A stretch of DNA of 63,477 nt, filler included, from Folioceros fuciformis (lineage: Eukaryota), in assembly GCA_049999805.1 (NCBI GenBank). It is 11 parts of 11 records of this genome, joined end to end, with 100 filler letters (N's around TTAATTAATTAA, not from the genome) between each part and the next. Parts side by side here need not be neighbours in the genome. Positions count along the whole stretch, not along the records: positions 37,761 to 51,318 come from JBNGIO010001785.1; positions 51,419 to 52,927 come from JBNGIO010001786.1; positions 53,028 to 56,212 come from JBNGIO010001787.1; positions 56,313 to 61,771 come from JBNGIO010001788.1; 7 more parts are not named here. One strand, 5' to 3'. This document shows positions 47,836-59,982 of this stretch, one piece after another (position 1 is the stretch's first letter; each line of letters starts with the position of its first letter). A program made the position numbers and the translations under genes. The notes under the pieces were generated by a model. That model worked only from the letters and a program-made list of their open reading frames with translations, was not told the origin of the DNA and made no database searches.

Positions 47836-49344
47836 GTGTGCATAAGTTTTGCTAGCAGTCCTGTACATTCCCATCACCCGTCTAACTGTATTACTCATAA
47901 TTGATTACCCGGTCTGTGGAGGTATATTTTCCATCGCTCAGTTAGCAGTGTATGCAAGCTGTGGTAGACCTTCCTCTCTTTGTGTCTTGACACCGTGAGG
48001 TGGATATTAAGGTCTCTGTGTCTAGGGTCTTAGGTTATTGTGCTGATTCCGCAGGTTGCCACCCTTATTTTTCCGGGAGGTGCACTTGTTGCAGAAATGA
48101 ACACAGCTTTACCACTCAACACGCCGAAGACTGTGAGCTTCTGAGGTCGAAATTTCAAACGACGTCGGAATGGTTCGAGAATGGTGAAAGTGGCTCTACT
48201 GGGCGTGGTCCCCTTTTTCCTGCATGTAGAATGTGGAGACGTGGATTGTCAATGAACTCGATTTGGCTTGGTAGTTTATGGTGTGGGAGAAGGTGAACCT
48301 GAAGAGTCGAACTTTTGTATGCTTTTTCGTTGTCTGGCATAGATTTTCGCCTTAGTGCAGCTCGCCATCAGGACTTTTAGTCAGGCCCTCCACACGAAGA
48401 ACTGGTGGTGTCCTATATTATTTTGCACAAGGAAACCAGCAGAAACCATGCCCAATTCTACTCGTTGTCCAAAATCAAAGGCTTACTAGTAACACGAAGT
48501 TTACTTAAAAAGTCCTCGATGAATGTCAATGAGGTCGATCACTTTGTCCCTGGGGATTATGACTTGCGTACGTGGGCAACATCATGTGTTCGAGAGCTTT
48601 CTACATTTTGGTGGATTCACAGAGTATTTGTGTAACATCTTACAGTAAATTGTAAGGACTTGAGATGTATTATAAGAGAAGAGATTGGGAATAACTAGTA
48701 AGGCCCTTAAACTAGGGGACTAGCCTTCCTAAACTAGGGGACGTCTATAAACTAGGGGAATGGCCCTTTGATCAAGAATGTCGAAGTCACTATAGCAGAG
48801 GAGCTGAGCGTAGTAGAGTTTTAACTGCGCTCTAGCAGCCTACACCCCCAACTGCCAAGATACGGCCCCTACTTAAACCCATACTTAGCAAGGCTCAACC
48901 CAGAATTTCTTTAGGTTGGACATACTCAGTGTTCCTCGTCTCTTGGATTCATCCTCTCGTCTTCCTTGCCCTGCATAGCTAGTGAATGGACGTCACTACT
49001 GTATCTTCAAGTCTTCCTTGCTCATCGATGGAGGTAGCTAGTTTATCTTCTTGTCTTGCTGTAGCTTCTCGTTTTACCTCACAGTACATTTTTTTCCCAA
49101 GAATTAGAACTGTGGACGGGACTTGCAGGGCATGGAAATTCAAAGCAAGGGACATGCAAGAAAACTGTGTGCGGCTGCAATGGTATTCCTGAGTACACAT
49201 AGATTCTGACCGACTCTGCCACACAGCCTTCAGGCTGCCTGCAACAAATCTCTTTACACTGCTTCCTGCCAGCCATGGAAGACAGTTTTGGCCCCGACTA
49301 AGCTCCTTCCTGCTCCTCCTTTCTCTCATTTCCATGCCAGGATC

Positions 49345-50910
49345 TGGAACTGCCAGGTTCATGGCCTCCTTCCTGCTTCACACGTGCTTTCATGCACTCC
49401 ACCTGAAGAGCAACATCCTCCCTCCTTTCTCCCACAACGAATCTATGCACTTCCTTATTCACCTCAATGGTTGCCACTGCAGGTTTCTTGATGGCTCCCG
49501 TTATCCTTCTCTGCGTTTCAATCCTGTAAGCGTCGGTCCACCTACCTGCATCTGCGTAGGCATTGGCCATGAGCACATATGCAGGTGCCTCCAGGGGGAC
49601 CAGCTTGACAATGTTTTCAAAACACCATCGCCCTCTCTATGTCCCCATGACTCTTGCAGGCATTCAGCAAGGTCCTCAAGCCCACAACATTACCTTGGCC
49701 CTCGCATGACAAAAGCATCTCCTTTATTTCGTCTAAATGGCCTGCACGACCAAGAAGACCAACCATACAGGCGCAATGCTCAATAGTGGGTTTGACGCCA
49801 TGCTCTGTGGCCATGGAATCAAGGAATTTGCGACCCTCGTGGACCAGTCCCTCATGGCTGCAAGCGAGTAGAAGGCAGGTACATGTAGTAGCATCAGGTT
49901 GAACACCGGCAATCTAACATGTCCTTGAAAGAAGCTAGTGCTCTGCGAGCATCACCACAAGTAACATATCCAGAACTGAGGGCAACCCAAGTAACAACAT
50001 CCTTCGTGGCCATGCCGTCAAATACTGGCATGCAAGTTCCAATTCACCGCATTTTGCATACATGTCGACTGGGCAGGTGCCCACTGGTAGGTCACCCAGC
50101 AGTCCCCTTTTAACGATCTGTGAGTGCAGATCTTTCCCCTTTCGTAAGGCACCAGTGCTTTCACAGGCGTTCAGAAGGCAAGCAAAAATAAAATGGCTAG
50201 CCAAGCTCAGCCCCTCCTGCTCCATTTGTGCATGCCGAACAAGCGCCTCATGCCCAAGCCCTTGCTCAGCATAGCCGGCCATCAGCACCGTCCATGTTAC
50301 AACATTCTTTGCGGGCGCCAACAAACAAGTACACAGGAAAGCCACTGCGCAACACATCACAGTGCACCTTTCAGCCGGATTCCAAGCCGGCCGCAAATGC
50401 ACAAGCTTGCAGGGCGGCTACAAAGACGTGAGCATCCCCACTCCCTCCTGCCCTACGCAACTCACGGTACAGTCGAATGCCCTCCCCCGGTTTCCCATGT
50501 TTTGCATAAGATGAGACGACGAACCCCCACACGATAACATCCTGTCTGCCCACCTTGGCGAACACATCCACGCATCTCGTGGTACAGCTGTATGGCCTCC
50601 TAAGGCTTCCCATGTTTAGCAAGTGCAGAGATGATTGAACTCCAGGTGACAACATCTGGGCCGGCTACTCTGGTGAACACATCCATGGCCTCCCCCCCCC
50701 CACAACCTCCACTTGCGTACATCCTCAAGACATGGTTCCCCAAGTACGCATTCGAGTGGGACCCCAACGGGAGTTCAACGCTGAGGTCATGCACTCGTCG
50801 CCCAGCCACCAGATCCATCTTCACTGTACACAGTTCCAGCACAGTGCAAAGCCTCTAGACACACAGGAACAACAGACTCCGTGTGCTCCAGAGCTTCCAG
50901 GGCTCTAACA
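49345..50910 (-). pseudogene. Frameshifted, truncated PLS-PPR DYW:KP pseudogene, paralogue of 30273-32657
   Basis: Collinear fragments GRRVHDLSV, DMYAKCGEL, HGVKPTIEH, MANAYADAGRWTD and KKPAVATIEVNKEVHRFVVGERRED...EGGHEP. Homology stops before HAE/CxxC. Confidence 0.9.
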
Positions 50911-51869
50911 GACATGGTCGTAAGAAGATCCATGCATACCTGCAACATTTCTCCTTAAATTTGTCTGTCAAAATTTGATCATCATCCTGCCAGTCTCCGC
51001 AACTCCTTGCTTACTTCTCGCAAGAAAGAGAAAATGAGTTGCTTTTTGGCAAGGTATCCGAGGAGGACAACCTGTTATGCTTTCATCATAGGCTCAGTTA
51101 CTCCTTGTTACTGTACTCTGTTTACTATTTAGGGTCGTCTTAATGGGATCATTAATGGCATACAATTAATGATGCCGTGCCCGAAGGCAGACCGTGCACC
51201 CTAAACCCCCATGGCGCAGACAACAATAACGCAGAACAAAATTAAATAAATTATTTCAAAAAACACCTTTTTTCCCCCTTATTCTAATGTATCTTCATCT
51301 GATTGTTTTTCTCTAAATNNNNNNNNNNNNNNNNNNNNNNNNNNNNNNNNNNNNNNNNNNNNTTAATTAATTAANNNNNNNNNNNNNNNNNNNNNNNNNN
51401 NNNNNNNNNNNNNNNNNNACGGCGCAGGGCGTAAGGGTTGAGCAGGCACAAGGGAGTGGAAGACCTCCAAGGCGCGAGCGGTGGAGAGAGCTGGGCGAAC
51501 AAAGGAAGAGCCAGAGCGTGACCAGGACGGAAGAGTTCCGAGCCCGAGCGTGAGGGGAGGGGGACAAGCAGGATGAGGTCGCGGCCTGAACTGATTCCCG
51601 GAGCAGCAGCCTCTGGACAGGAGGGGGGACCTCCTGTCCCCCAAATCGACCTACTTTTGTGGCCCAATATGGAGCACTGGAGGTTCAGGGCAAGAAAGTT
51701 GGTGGCAGAGCGGGGTCTGACTTTTATGAGAACTACTGAGAAGTATAGGACGATAATGCGTAGAATCTAAATATAATAGATATATTAGATTATGCACATT
51801 GTGGCTTCCTGTACTCCTTAATAGTGACTTCTTTCATGAAAAATAATGCAACCAAAAATTATCAAAGAA

Positions 51870-52069
51870 GCTCCGATACCATGAAAAAACTACTAGGAAA
51901 GACATAGCAAACTTTTCAATGAATAATAACGATGATAATCATTAAGTTCACAAAGAGTTGTCCTTATATTCTAAACCCTAAGTGTTGCTACACATAACCC
52001 TTCGTTATATATATAACCCTAAACTAGGTAACTAGTGGCCGTGGTTATAATAACCCCTGGGGTTTAACA
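51870..52069 (-). repeat. Possible PBS (TGGTATCGGAGC) plus short LTR remnant
   Basis: GCTCCGATACCA is followed immediately by TG at 51882, with TATATATA inside. The far boundary is uncertain. Confidence 0.4.
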
Positions 52070-53027
52070 GCAGGGTATATGGGAGGTTGGCTGCCAAGAA
52101 GGTGTGCACGATGATCGCAAACCATACTACAATAACGTGACAGGATTATGGCTTCTCCAATCTGTATGGTAGTGTGGGGCATGATCATGCTACCGATGAT
52201 CATCAGTAACATAATCATTGGGAATTAAATGAAGTGCACTAGTGCAACCCCTTTCTTAATAAGGGTGGCTTAGCTATTTTTATGTCACATGATTATGAGA
52301 TTATAGCTCTACAAATTTGTGATGCAACCAACCAGTTGGAAATGAGGTCTCTGAGACAAAAGTCTTATATTATAAAGTGTATGCAAAAAAATGTGAAAAT
52401 GAGATAATAAAGTATGGGAAAAATGGGAGGAGGGACTTCATAATTTCTACCTTCTTTAGGTATCAATGCATCTAATGATGATTACGAGTAATAGAAAGAC
52501 TTCAAGTAATCTCCGCTTGATCTGAAATAATCAGCCTAGTTGTAACCTTGGACTAGGAATGAGCTCTCAAAAGAAAAAGAGTACATTGCCTTGCTAGAAC
52601 GAGTGCCTTGCCTAAGCATCGGCAAAAGCTTATGAAAAAAAGAGGATAAAAAACTATTGGGTGATGGAACCTTGTACAATCTTCATAAAATCTCAACACA
52701 ACAATCGTGTGGCATAGGCAACACCAATTACTAATATGTAAATGTGGAATTGTGAAGGGGCACAGCCTCGGTATAAGTAATAATACTTTTAGAAATATTA
52801 CTAGTTATTAATTGATGAAATCAAATATTTGACCAAAAACATTTTTATTATTATTCTTTTCTAAATATACCTTCTAACTATAACTCATTTACTTCACCTA
52901 GTTATGGCACTCGTGAAACCCTAAGTTNNNNNNNNNNNNNNNNNNNNNNNNNNNNNNNNNNNNNNNNNNNNTTAATTAATTAANNNNNNNNNNNNNNNNN
53001 NNNNNNNNNNNNNNNNNNNNNNNNNNN

Positions 53028-55297
53028 AGCTTAGGCAAAGATGGGGAGTTCTCTCTAGCCCTCCAGCTCTGTATATTCTTGTTGACTTGTGATTTGAATA
53101 AAGAGCAGCAGCAAGGGTGTTGGCTGCGAGTCCTCCTAGAAGAGGAGGGCGGGCTACTTGGAGGCCTAGTGCTGTGTCCGGTGTTTAAAACTGACCCTTG
53201 CTTTGGCTTCTAACTGCGTGGTTCTGCCCCACCCCATTGAAGGGGGTGTTACTTGTTGGTATCAGAGCATAAGTTAAAGCATCCTTGACTAGTACGCTAG
53301 TTAACGATGGCAGATCCTGCTGAGCCAGGCAGAGGAGAGAGGGTGCGCCGCAGGAAGGATAAGGCCCCGCTTACCGAAGCCGTTATGGAAGAGCCACAGG
53401 CGGATCCTCAAGTCGTGAGAACGACGGAGGAAGGAACTTCGGAGCAAAGGACCGGTACCACCATAGAGGACCAGTTCCAAAAAATCATGAGGAGACTTGA
53501 TGCTCTAGATCAAGAGATCAAAGGCAAATGTAGGCTCGTTGAAGAAGAGCCAGAAGAAGTGGAGCCCGAGCCTGAGATCAGTGCTCCTAAGAACGCCAAG
53601 AAGTTGAGATTGAGTGTTCCTACGCCTAAGAGTTACAAAGGCGAGCGTGACGTAGAGAAAATCAGTTCTTAGTTTTCCTCTTTGGAAGCGTATTTGGAAT
53701 CAAGCGGAGTGCCGCAAGACGAGTACTTGAAGCACGTCACGAACTTCTTGGACGAGTATGCTCTTACTTGGTGGAGGACTTACGTAGAGAACGTAAGGCA
53801 AGGCAATCGTAGAGCAACAATCTTCACATGGGCAGACTTCAAGGAAGTGCTGCAACTCTGTTTCCAACCAGCTAATGCTGCGAGTTTGGCGCGAAGGATG
53901 CTCGACAATGTCAAGCATACTGGAACTTTGCGGGAGTATGTGAGTGAATTCAGCTCTATTGTCTTGCAATGTCCTGAGATGCATGAGCAGGACAAACTCC
54001 ACAAGTTTACTACTGGCCTTAAGAGATGGGCTCAAAACAGGATTGCATTGACTAATCCTCAAACGTTGCAAGAGGCTATGGCAGCAGCAGATGCCATACC
54101 GGACATGTTTGTCCAGGAGGCTCCAATCTCCAGGGGGAGATATCCTAGATCTCAGGGTAGATCTAGAGGTAGAGGACGAGCCACCACCACTAGGAACAGT
54201 GCAACTATTGAGACTACCCCAGAAGCTGGGGTAGAGGTGATAATAGGAGTCGTGGAAGACGACATGTAGCGCCTACCTCTGGTGTATGTTATAGTTGTGG
54301 AGAGCAGGGACATTTTGCTAGAAACTATCCACATGCAGGAGCTCCCAACTTGAATCTAATGTTCGCAAATCCACCTGTTCCTAGAGCCAGAATCCAAGAG
54401 CTCCCTGAAGAGTCTAGGTGACGCCAGGGGCCACATGTTGTGAGGACATGTGGTGAGTCATCGAGTGTCAAGGATGACACTATTTCTAGTGAGGGTGGAG
54501 ACTTGATGTATATATGTGGCAAGATCAATGGCTTGGATGTTGAGCTATTGTTAGATTCTGCAGCCACCCATAATTTTGTGACTCCACGTAAGGCAAGAGA
54601 GCTTGACCTTGATTGGACTAAAACTTCCACGCCATATAGAATCAAGCAAGCTAAAGGAACTCTGCAATTTCTGGATGAATTGCATGGAGTAAAGCTACAA
54701 GTTGATGCGTGGCAAGGAAGTGTGAGTTTTACAGTCGTGGAGATGGATGACCATGATATCATCCTAGGTCTGGAGTGGTTGAGATCTAATGAAGTACAAA
54801 TGGATGTTAAGTCACGCACTATCGAGATATCCAGAAAGCACAAAGTGAGTTGTGCTAGCAGTAGCCAGAGGCTTGAGAGCGTATCAGTACAGCTGATTAC
54901 AAAAAGAGAGCTCAAGAAAGACCTCAGGAAAAAGAAGGAGTTATACTTGGTTGTACTCCAAGGACTAGAGGATGCTCTGGAAGAAGATTCCACAGAGGAG
55001 AAGGACATCCCAAAAGAAGTACAAGTTGTACTAGATGAGTTCAAGGACTTGATGCCAAATGAGTTGCCACCATTGCCATCTCGCAGAGTTGTGGATCATG
55101 AAATTGAGTTGAGGCCAGGGAGTACACCTCCTTCGAGAGCACCATATAAATTGTCACAAGATGAGTTGCAAGAACTCAAGCGACAACTATCCAACCTGTT
55201 GGCAAAGGGATATGTAAGAGTTTCTAAGTCTCCCTTTGGTGCGCCTGTATTATTCACGCGCAAAAAGAATGGAGGACTTAGATTGTGTCTGGATTAC
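53028..55297 (+). mobile_element. Ty3/Gypsy retrotransposon 5' half (LTR end, PBS, gag, protease, start of RT)
   Basis: PBS TGGTATCAGAGC at 53257-53268. Gag (YALTWWR...LREYVSEF, TAG at 53670), knuckle CYSCGEQGHFARN, protease LLDSAATHNF and RT SPFGAPVLF...GLRLCLDY, which breaks at 55297. Confidence 0.95.
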
Positions 55298-55924
55298 TGT
55301 GGAGGCAAAACCCCGGGCACTAATTGCCAACGGGTTCCACCTTTAGTGGCCACACTTATCCCACTGTCATTGAGACATTGGGTTTCGTTTCCACGAAGGA
55401 GCGATGGGGTTCCTTGCTGCTGTGGATGGAGGGTCGGACTTGATCGACTCGATGATGGATTCGAGGCCTCCCCTCCAGCTCCGATCAGGCGTAGGACAGG
55501 CCTCACTGTCCGGCGGTCAGCTGCACCTCTCTCAGTGCCCACAAACTCACTCCAGTCACTACAACGACCCTAACCTCTTAGATCTGCGACTTCCCTCACT
55601 CACTTGACTCACTCTTTCACTCCAGCACCAGCACCAGCATCTAACAATGACACCACTACCTTCTACACTTCCCTACTAACTCCTCCTACCCGGCAAGAGT
55701 CACTAGACTAACCCCAAAGGAAAGAAAGAAGGGATCACACTCTCCCCCACACCCCCTCGGATATCTCCTCCCCACAACCTTACCAGACGCCATGAAACAT
55801 GACCGGCCTACAGCACTTGTCCAAACAGGGAACAAGAGTGGACAGGTCGAGAGAAAGACACATCCTTTACAATCAAGAGCTAGGGGCAAACCCCTTCACC
55901 CTGGTCATTACACCTTGTGATCCT
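55298..55924 (-). repeat. LTR family B copy inserted into the Gypsy RT
   Basis: Near-identical to 14102-14720 and starts precisely after RLCLDY. Confidence 0.9.
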
Positions 55925-56212
55925 TGAAGGATCAGAAAGGGAGCCACATGATGAAGGAGAAGAGGAGAGGGGAGAAGAGGAGAGGAGAGGAAGAGAGGAG
56001 GAGAGGAGAGGAAGAGAGGAGAAGAGGAGAAAGAGAGGTCACAATGTCTCTCACAGCTCTCTCCCATCTCTCTCATCTCCCTTGAAAAGGGAGCTCAAGA
56101 AGGTATTTATACCCTGTAGAAAAGCTCCCAAGGAAGCTTCACAATAAGATCACAGGAAGCTTCACAAGAAGCTCACAGGAAGCTATGCAGGAAGCTTCCT
56201 AAAAATTAGCTT
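55925..56212 (-). repeat. Copia family A LTR inserted into the family B LTR
   Basis: TGAAGGAT...GAGCTCAAG...GGTATTTATACCC...AAGCTTCAC matches 2027-2230 and has an expanded GA-rich tract. Confidence 0.85.
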
Positions 56213-59200
56213 NNNNNNNNNNNNNNNNNNNNNNNNNNNNNNNNNNNNNNNNNNNNTTAATTAATTAANNNNNNNNNNNNNNNNNNNNNNNNNNNNNNNN
56301 NNNNNNNNNNNNTGTTTCTCAGAAATTAAACGTACAAAAATAATCATCGAGTATTGATAGTTGTGAACTTAATTTGGACATGGCCCAGTTCTTCCAAACC
56401 AAGGAGGCACGAAACAACATCCTAGGATACTTGTAAGATAGTTTATATGAACATCTACTTTATCTACTTGTTCATTATTATTATTAAATAATTTATTTTG
56501 ATTATGAATGCAGATATAAGTACATGTTACAATGGGTTTCGCCTGTGGAGCTACAAAGTAACCCCATCTTGGAAGGGACTTTGCGTTCAATTTGCCTAAA
56601 CATCGAGGCTTTCGCTCAACATGTTGCCACGAATGAAGTACGTTATTGTTTAATGAATGAATTATACACAAATTATTCAGTAATTAAATCATTGAGTTTA
56701 ATGGTACTGGTAACTGTTTTGCAGGAAAGGTATTTGCATGCCTTGGATGTGCAAAAGCACGAAGTTTGGAAACACTGTCAAGGACTAGGAAGACCTTTAG
56801 CTGAGTTTAAGTTAAAATACACTAAAATAAATTGGAATGAAATATAAGAAAATATAACATGGAGGGAAACAAGAACAAGAACATTGACAGGCAGGCCATA
56901 AATGCTTGAGTGATAATTTTGTGAGCGGGTGTGGATAGGGTGGGTTAAACCTTTTAGAGTTGACTAAGAAATAAAGTGTTTAATTTAATGTGAATTAATT
57001 TGGGTTGAATTGCTGTTTTATGGCACGGCCTTTTAGGCTTCATAATTAAACAGTACAAGTATAGTATTGTATTGTGGCACTGTGGGTGGAAAACGATATA
57101 TATATATATATATAGTGTGAAGTAAAAGAGGACAAAAATCGACACATGTGGATGGTGTTAGGATACATCTGGCAGCACACGTGGCAGCGCACAGATGTGT
57201 GAAGTGCGTGTGCTTGGGGACATGTGGTGAGGTCCATTGGCACATGCATTTATGTATGTACATATGTGTGTAGTGAGAGTATGGCGAAGGGGCGAGAAAA
57301 GGACGGGATGGAGGTGGGTGTGAAAAGGGAGGACGGAAATGGCGGCGGACCGGGGCCTGCGTTGACGAGGGAGGTTGGAAGGACCAGGGGGTTTGGCAGG
57401 TGAGGGCCAGGCAACGGAGTGGCTGGTGTCGGGATTGCAACATGCCAAGGGAAGGCGAATGTGAGTGAGTGATCGGATGAACCTGTTCCGTACAGAGGCA
57501 GGGGCAGGGGCTGGGGCTGGGGCTGGGGCATAGCAGCGCAGCGCAGGAAGAGGTGGAGGAGGAGGAGGAAGAAAAGCAGGGAGGAAGGAGGATTCACAAG
57601 TTGGGGCTTGTGGGGCGGGAGGGAGGTCGGCAGGTGTCCGTGCCAGCATTGGATTGGCTTCCGAGAGACGAAAGACTGAGTCTCCTCAGGTTGCTGGGAT
57701 GTGATGATGCCCACTGGCGAGGGCGAGGGCGATGGCGTCGGCGAGGCCCAGGGGGGAGTTGTGTGGACTTGTACCGTGCAAGTGGATCGTCATCGGGCTT
57801 GCATGTAGAGCCGAGAGTACGTGCGCGTGAGACACTTTTGCGCTTTCGGTCATGCGCGCATGGCGCTCATGGCGCTCATGGCGCCCATGACTCCATGACC
57901 TGGAGGATGCGGAGCGGGGGAGTTGCGGCGCCTGGAGTGTGGAGCCAGGCTCTAGAGTCCGGACAGCATGCGGGATCTGGATGCTTGCAGGCTAGGCTGC
58001 GTGTCCGGGAGGAGCGGCGTGCCGGCGAAGGTGCAGGGGAATTCGGGGGTGGGAAGAGGTGGTGCTCTGGTCAAGGCCAGGCGGGAGGCGCGAATCGCGA
58101 GGCAAGCATGTTGTCAACCTTGGCAAGCTCAGAGAGGCCAGGCCAGGCCAGGAAAGGGTGTGCAGAGCAGGGCAGGGCGGAGAGGCCAGGCGAGCCGGAA
58201 CATGATCCATCATGCGGAGTTTCTAGGAGGAAACCTGTCCGAGGACTCCTGCTCCTGCGCTGTGCTGCCATGCTTGCAAGCTCTGCCTGATGGGAGCGCT
58301 TTTCCTGTCCTGCTTTTGTCTAGTCTAGTGTAATCTAATCTACTCTGGCCTGGCCTCATGGCCCCTGCCCTGCCCTGCCCTGTCCTTGTCTGCCATGCCA
58401 TGCCATGCCCCCTGGCCTGGCCAGTCCTCCGTGCAGTCAAAATGCCAGCGAGATAACAGGCGAAGATGGATCAGCGTGCCGTGTCGGTGAATGGACCCTT
58501 TCACACAGCTGGCACCTTACGTCTCCACCTACTCCAACTTCCTCCCTGCTTTCCCCCCATCCGAGAAGCGCTTCCTTCTCACTCCTACTCCCGCTACCCT
58601 CCCTCTCCACCACAACTGCACTCGCACGACGCATTCCAACGCAGAGGCCATGCGTGTTGTAAGCCTCGATCATGTCATGCCCCGAGTCGTCTCAACCCCT
58701 CATGCCATCCCCCGCTTGACCATGACCAGGGTCCGTCAATCGTGCAACCCCTCCTCGCCCTACGCCTGCGCCTGCCCTTGTCCCTGCCACTGCCACTGCC
58801 CTGTGCCGACGAGATTAGAGTACATACGCAACCCCTTCCGGCTCCATGGCCACGGCGCTGCCACCTGAGAAGAGAGAAATCGGGAAAAAACAAGTGCAAG
58901 GCGGCCCCGAATCTCGAGATCCTGCCTGCGACATTCCACGGCGCCCCTTGCTCCAACATGTGCATTCGCCACCAGTGGCATCATCCCCTCTGCACTCTAC
59001 TCTACTCCGTTCGCCACTGCCTGCCTCCAAGTCTATACCCGAGCTCCATGATCCGCACAAACCCTTGCAACGCCATTGCAGCAGGCTGTGTATGCATGTA
59101 CATAGATAGGAGGGGAGGCAGGTCCGCATCTCCTCTCCTCTCCACTCCACTCCACACCAAGAGGCAAGGAAGCACCGGATCCCCCTTCGCTATGTCCATC

Positions 59201-59941
59201 CATAGAACGCACCCGCCAAGCTCGAGCGTGCGGACTCGGCCTGGCCCAGTTGCCGACAAGCTGTCGGGCAAGCAGCTTCCTGGTGCCTCCCTCACAAATT
59301 CCCAACCCTAAAAGTCGAATACACAGGCTCCATACCTCGTCTCCTCCGGGTACAGTAGTACCCCTCAACGTACAGCCCGTCTCGATCAACGCACCGGCGC
59401 ACATCACCCCCTGCCTGCGGCCTGCAGCAGGCAGGCGGCTCATAAAGGCGAGGCCCCACGGCCCTCCCGGTGCCGCTGCCTCGGCCTCTGCCTCTGCCTC
59501 TGCCGGTGCCCGCTACTCGCTACTCGCTCCCCGCTACTGGACGGGCCCCACATTTCTCGATTTCCGTTCCTGGGATCCGCTCATTTATTGCAGTTCCGCT
59601 TTTATTTCCGAAATGCCACCACTCGTGTGCCGAATGATTGCACAGCCCGCCGACGCACCATTTGCATACACATATACCACCACCATGCTTCCAAATATCT
59701 GCCCTAATAGGCATGAGGTGCGGAAGTGGGGCACCCTGGGGAGGGCTGGGCTGGGCTGGGCTAGCTTCCCTTCATCAAAAGCTTGCCGACATCGGCATGT
59801 CCTGTCCGCTGCACAGGGCTGGACTTTTGCGGCAGGCTTTGGCGCAGTCGGTTTCGCTTTGGTTACGTGATAATGCGAAACCGACTTGGAGGCCAACTGC
59901 AAACACAGGCTGCGCTGCACTGCACGGCAAGGCAAGGCGAG

Positions 59942-59982
59942 GCACAGCACAGCACAGCACAGCACAGCACAGCACAGCACAG
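59942..59982. repeat. (CACAG)n pentanucleotide microsatellite; (TTGCA)/(ATCGC) arrays at ~60708-60800
   Basis: Directly visible tandem pentamers. Confidence 0.9.

Noticed and set aside
58500-58520. CACACAGCTGGCAC resembling the complement of miR536
   Set aside because: The match is imperfect and no complementary arm was found nearby to form a hairpin.
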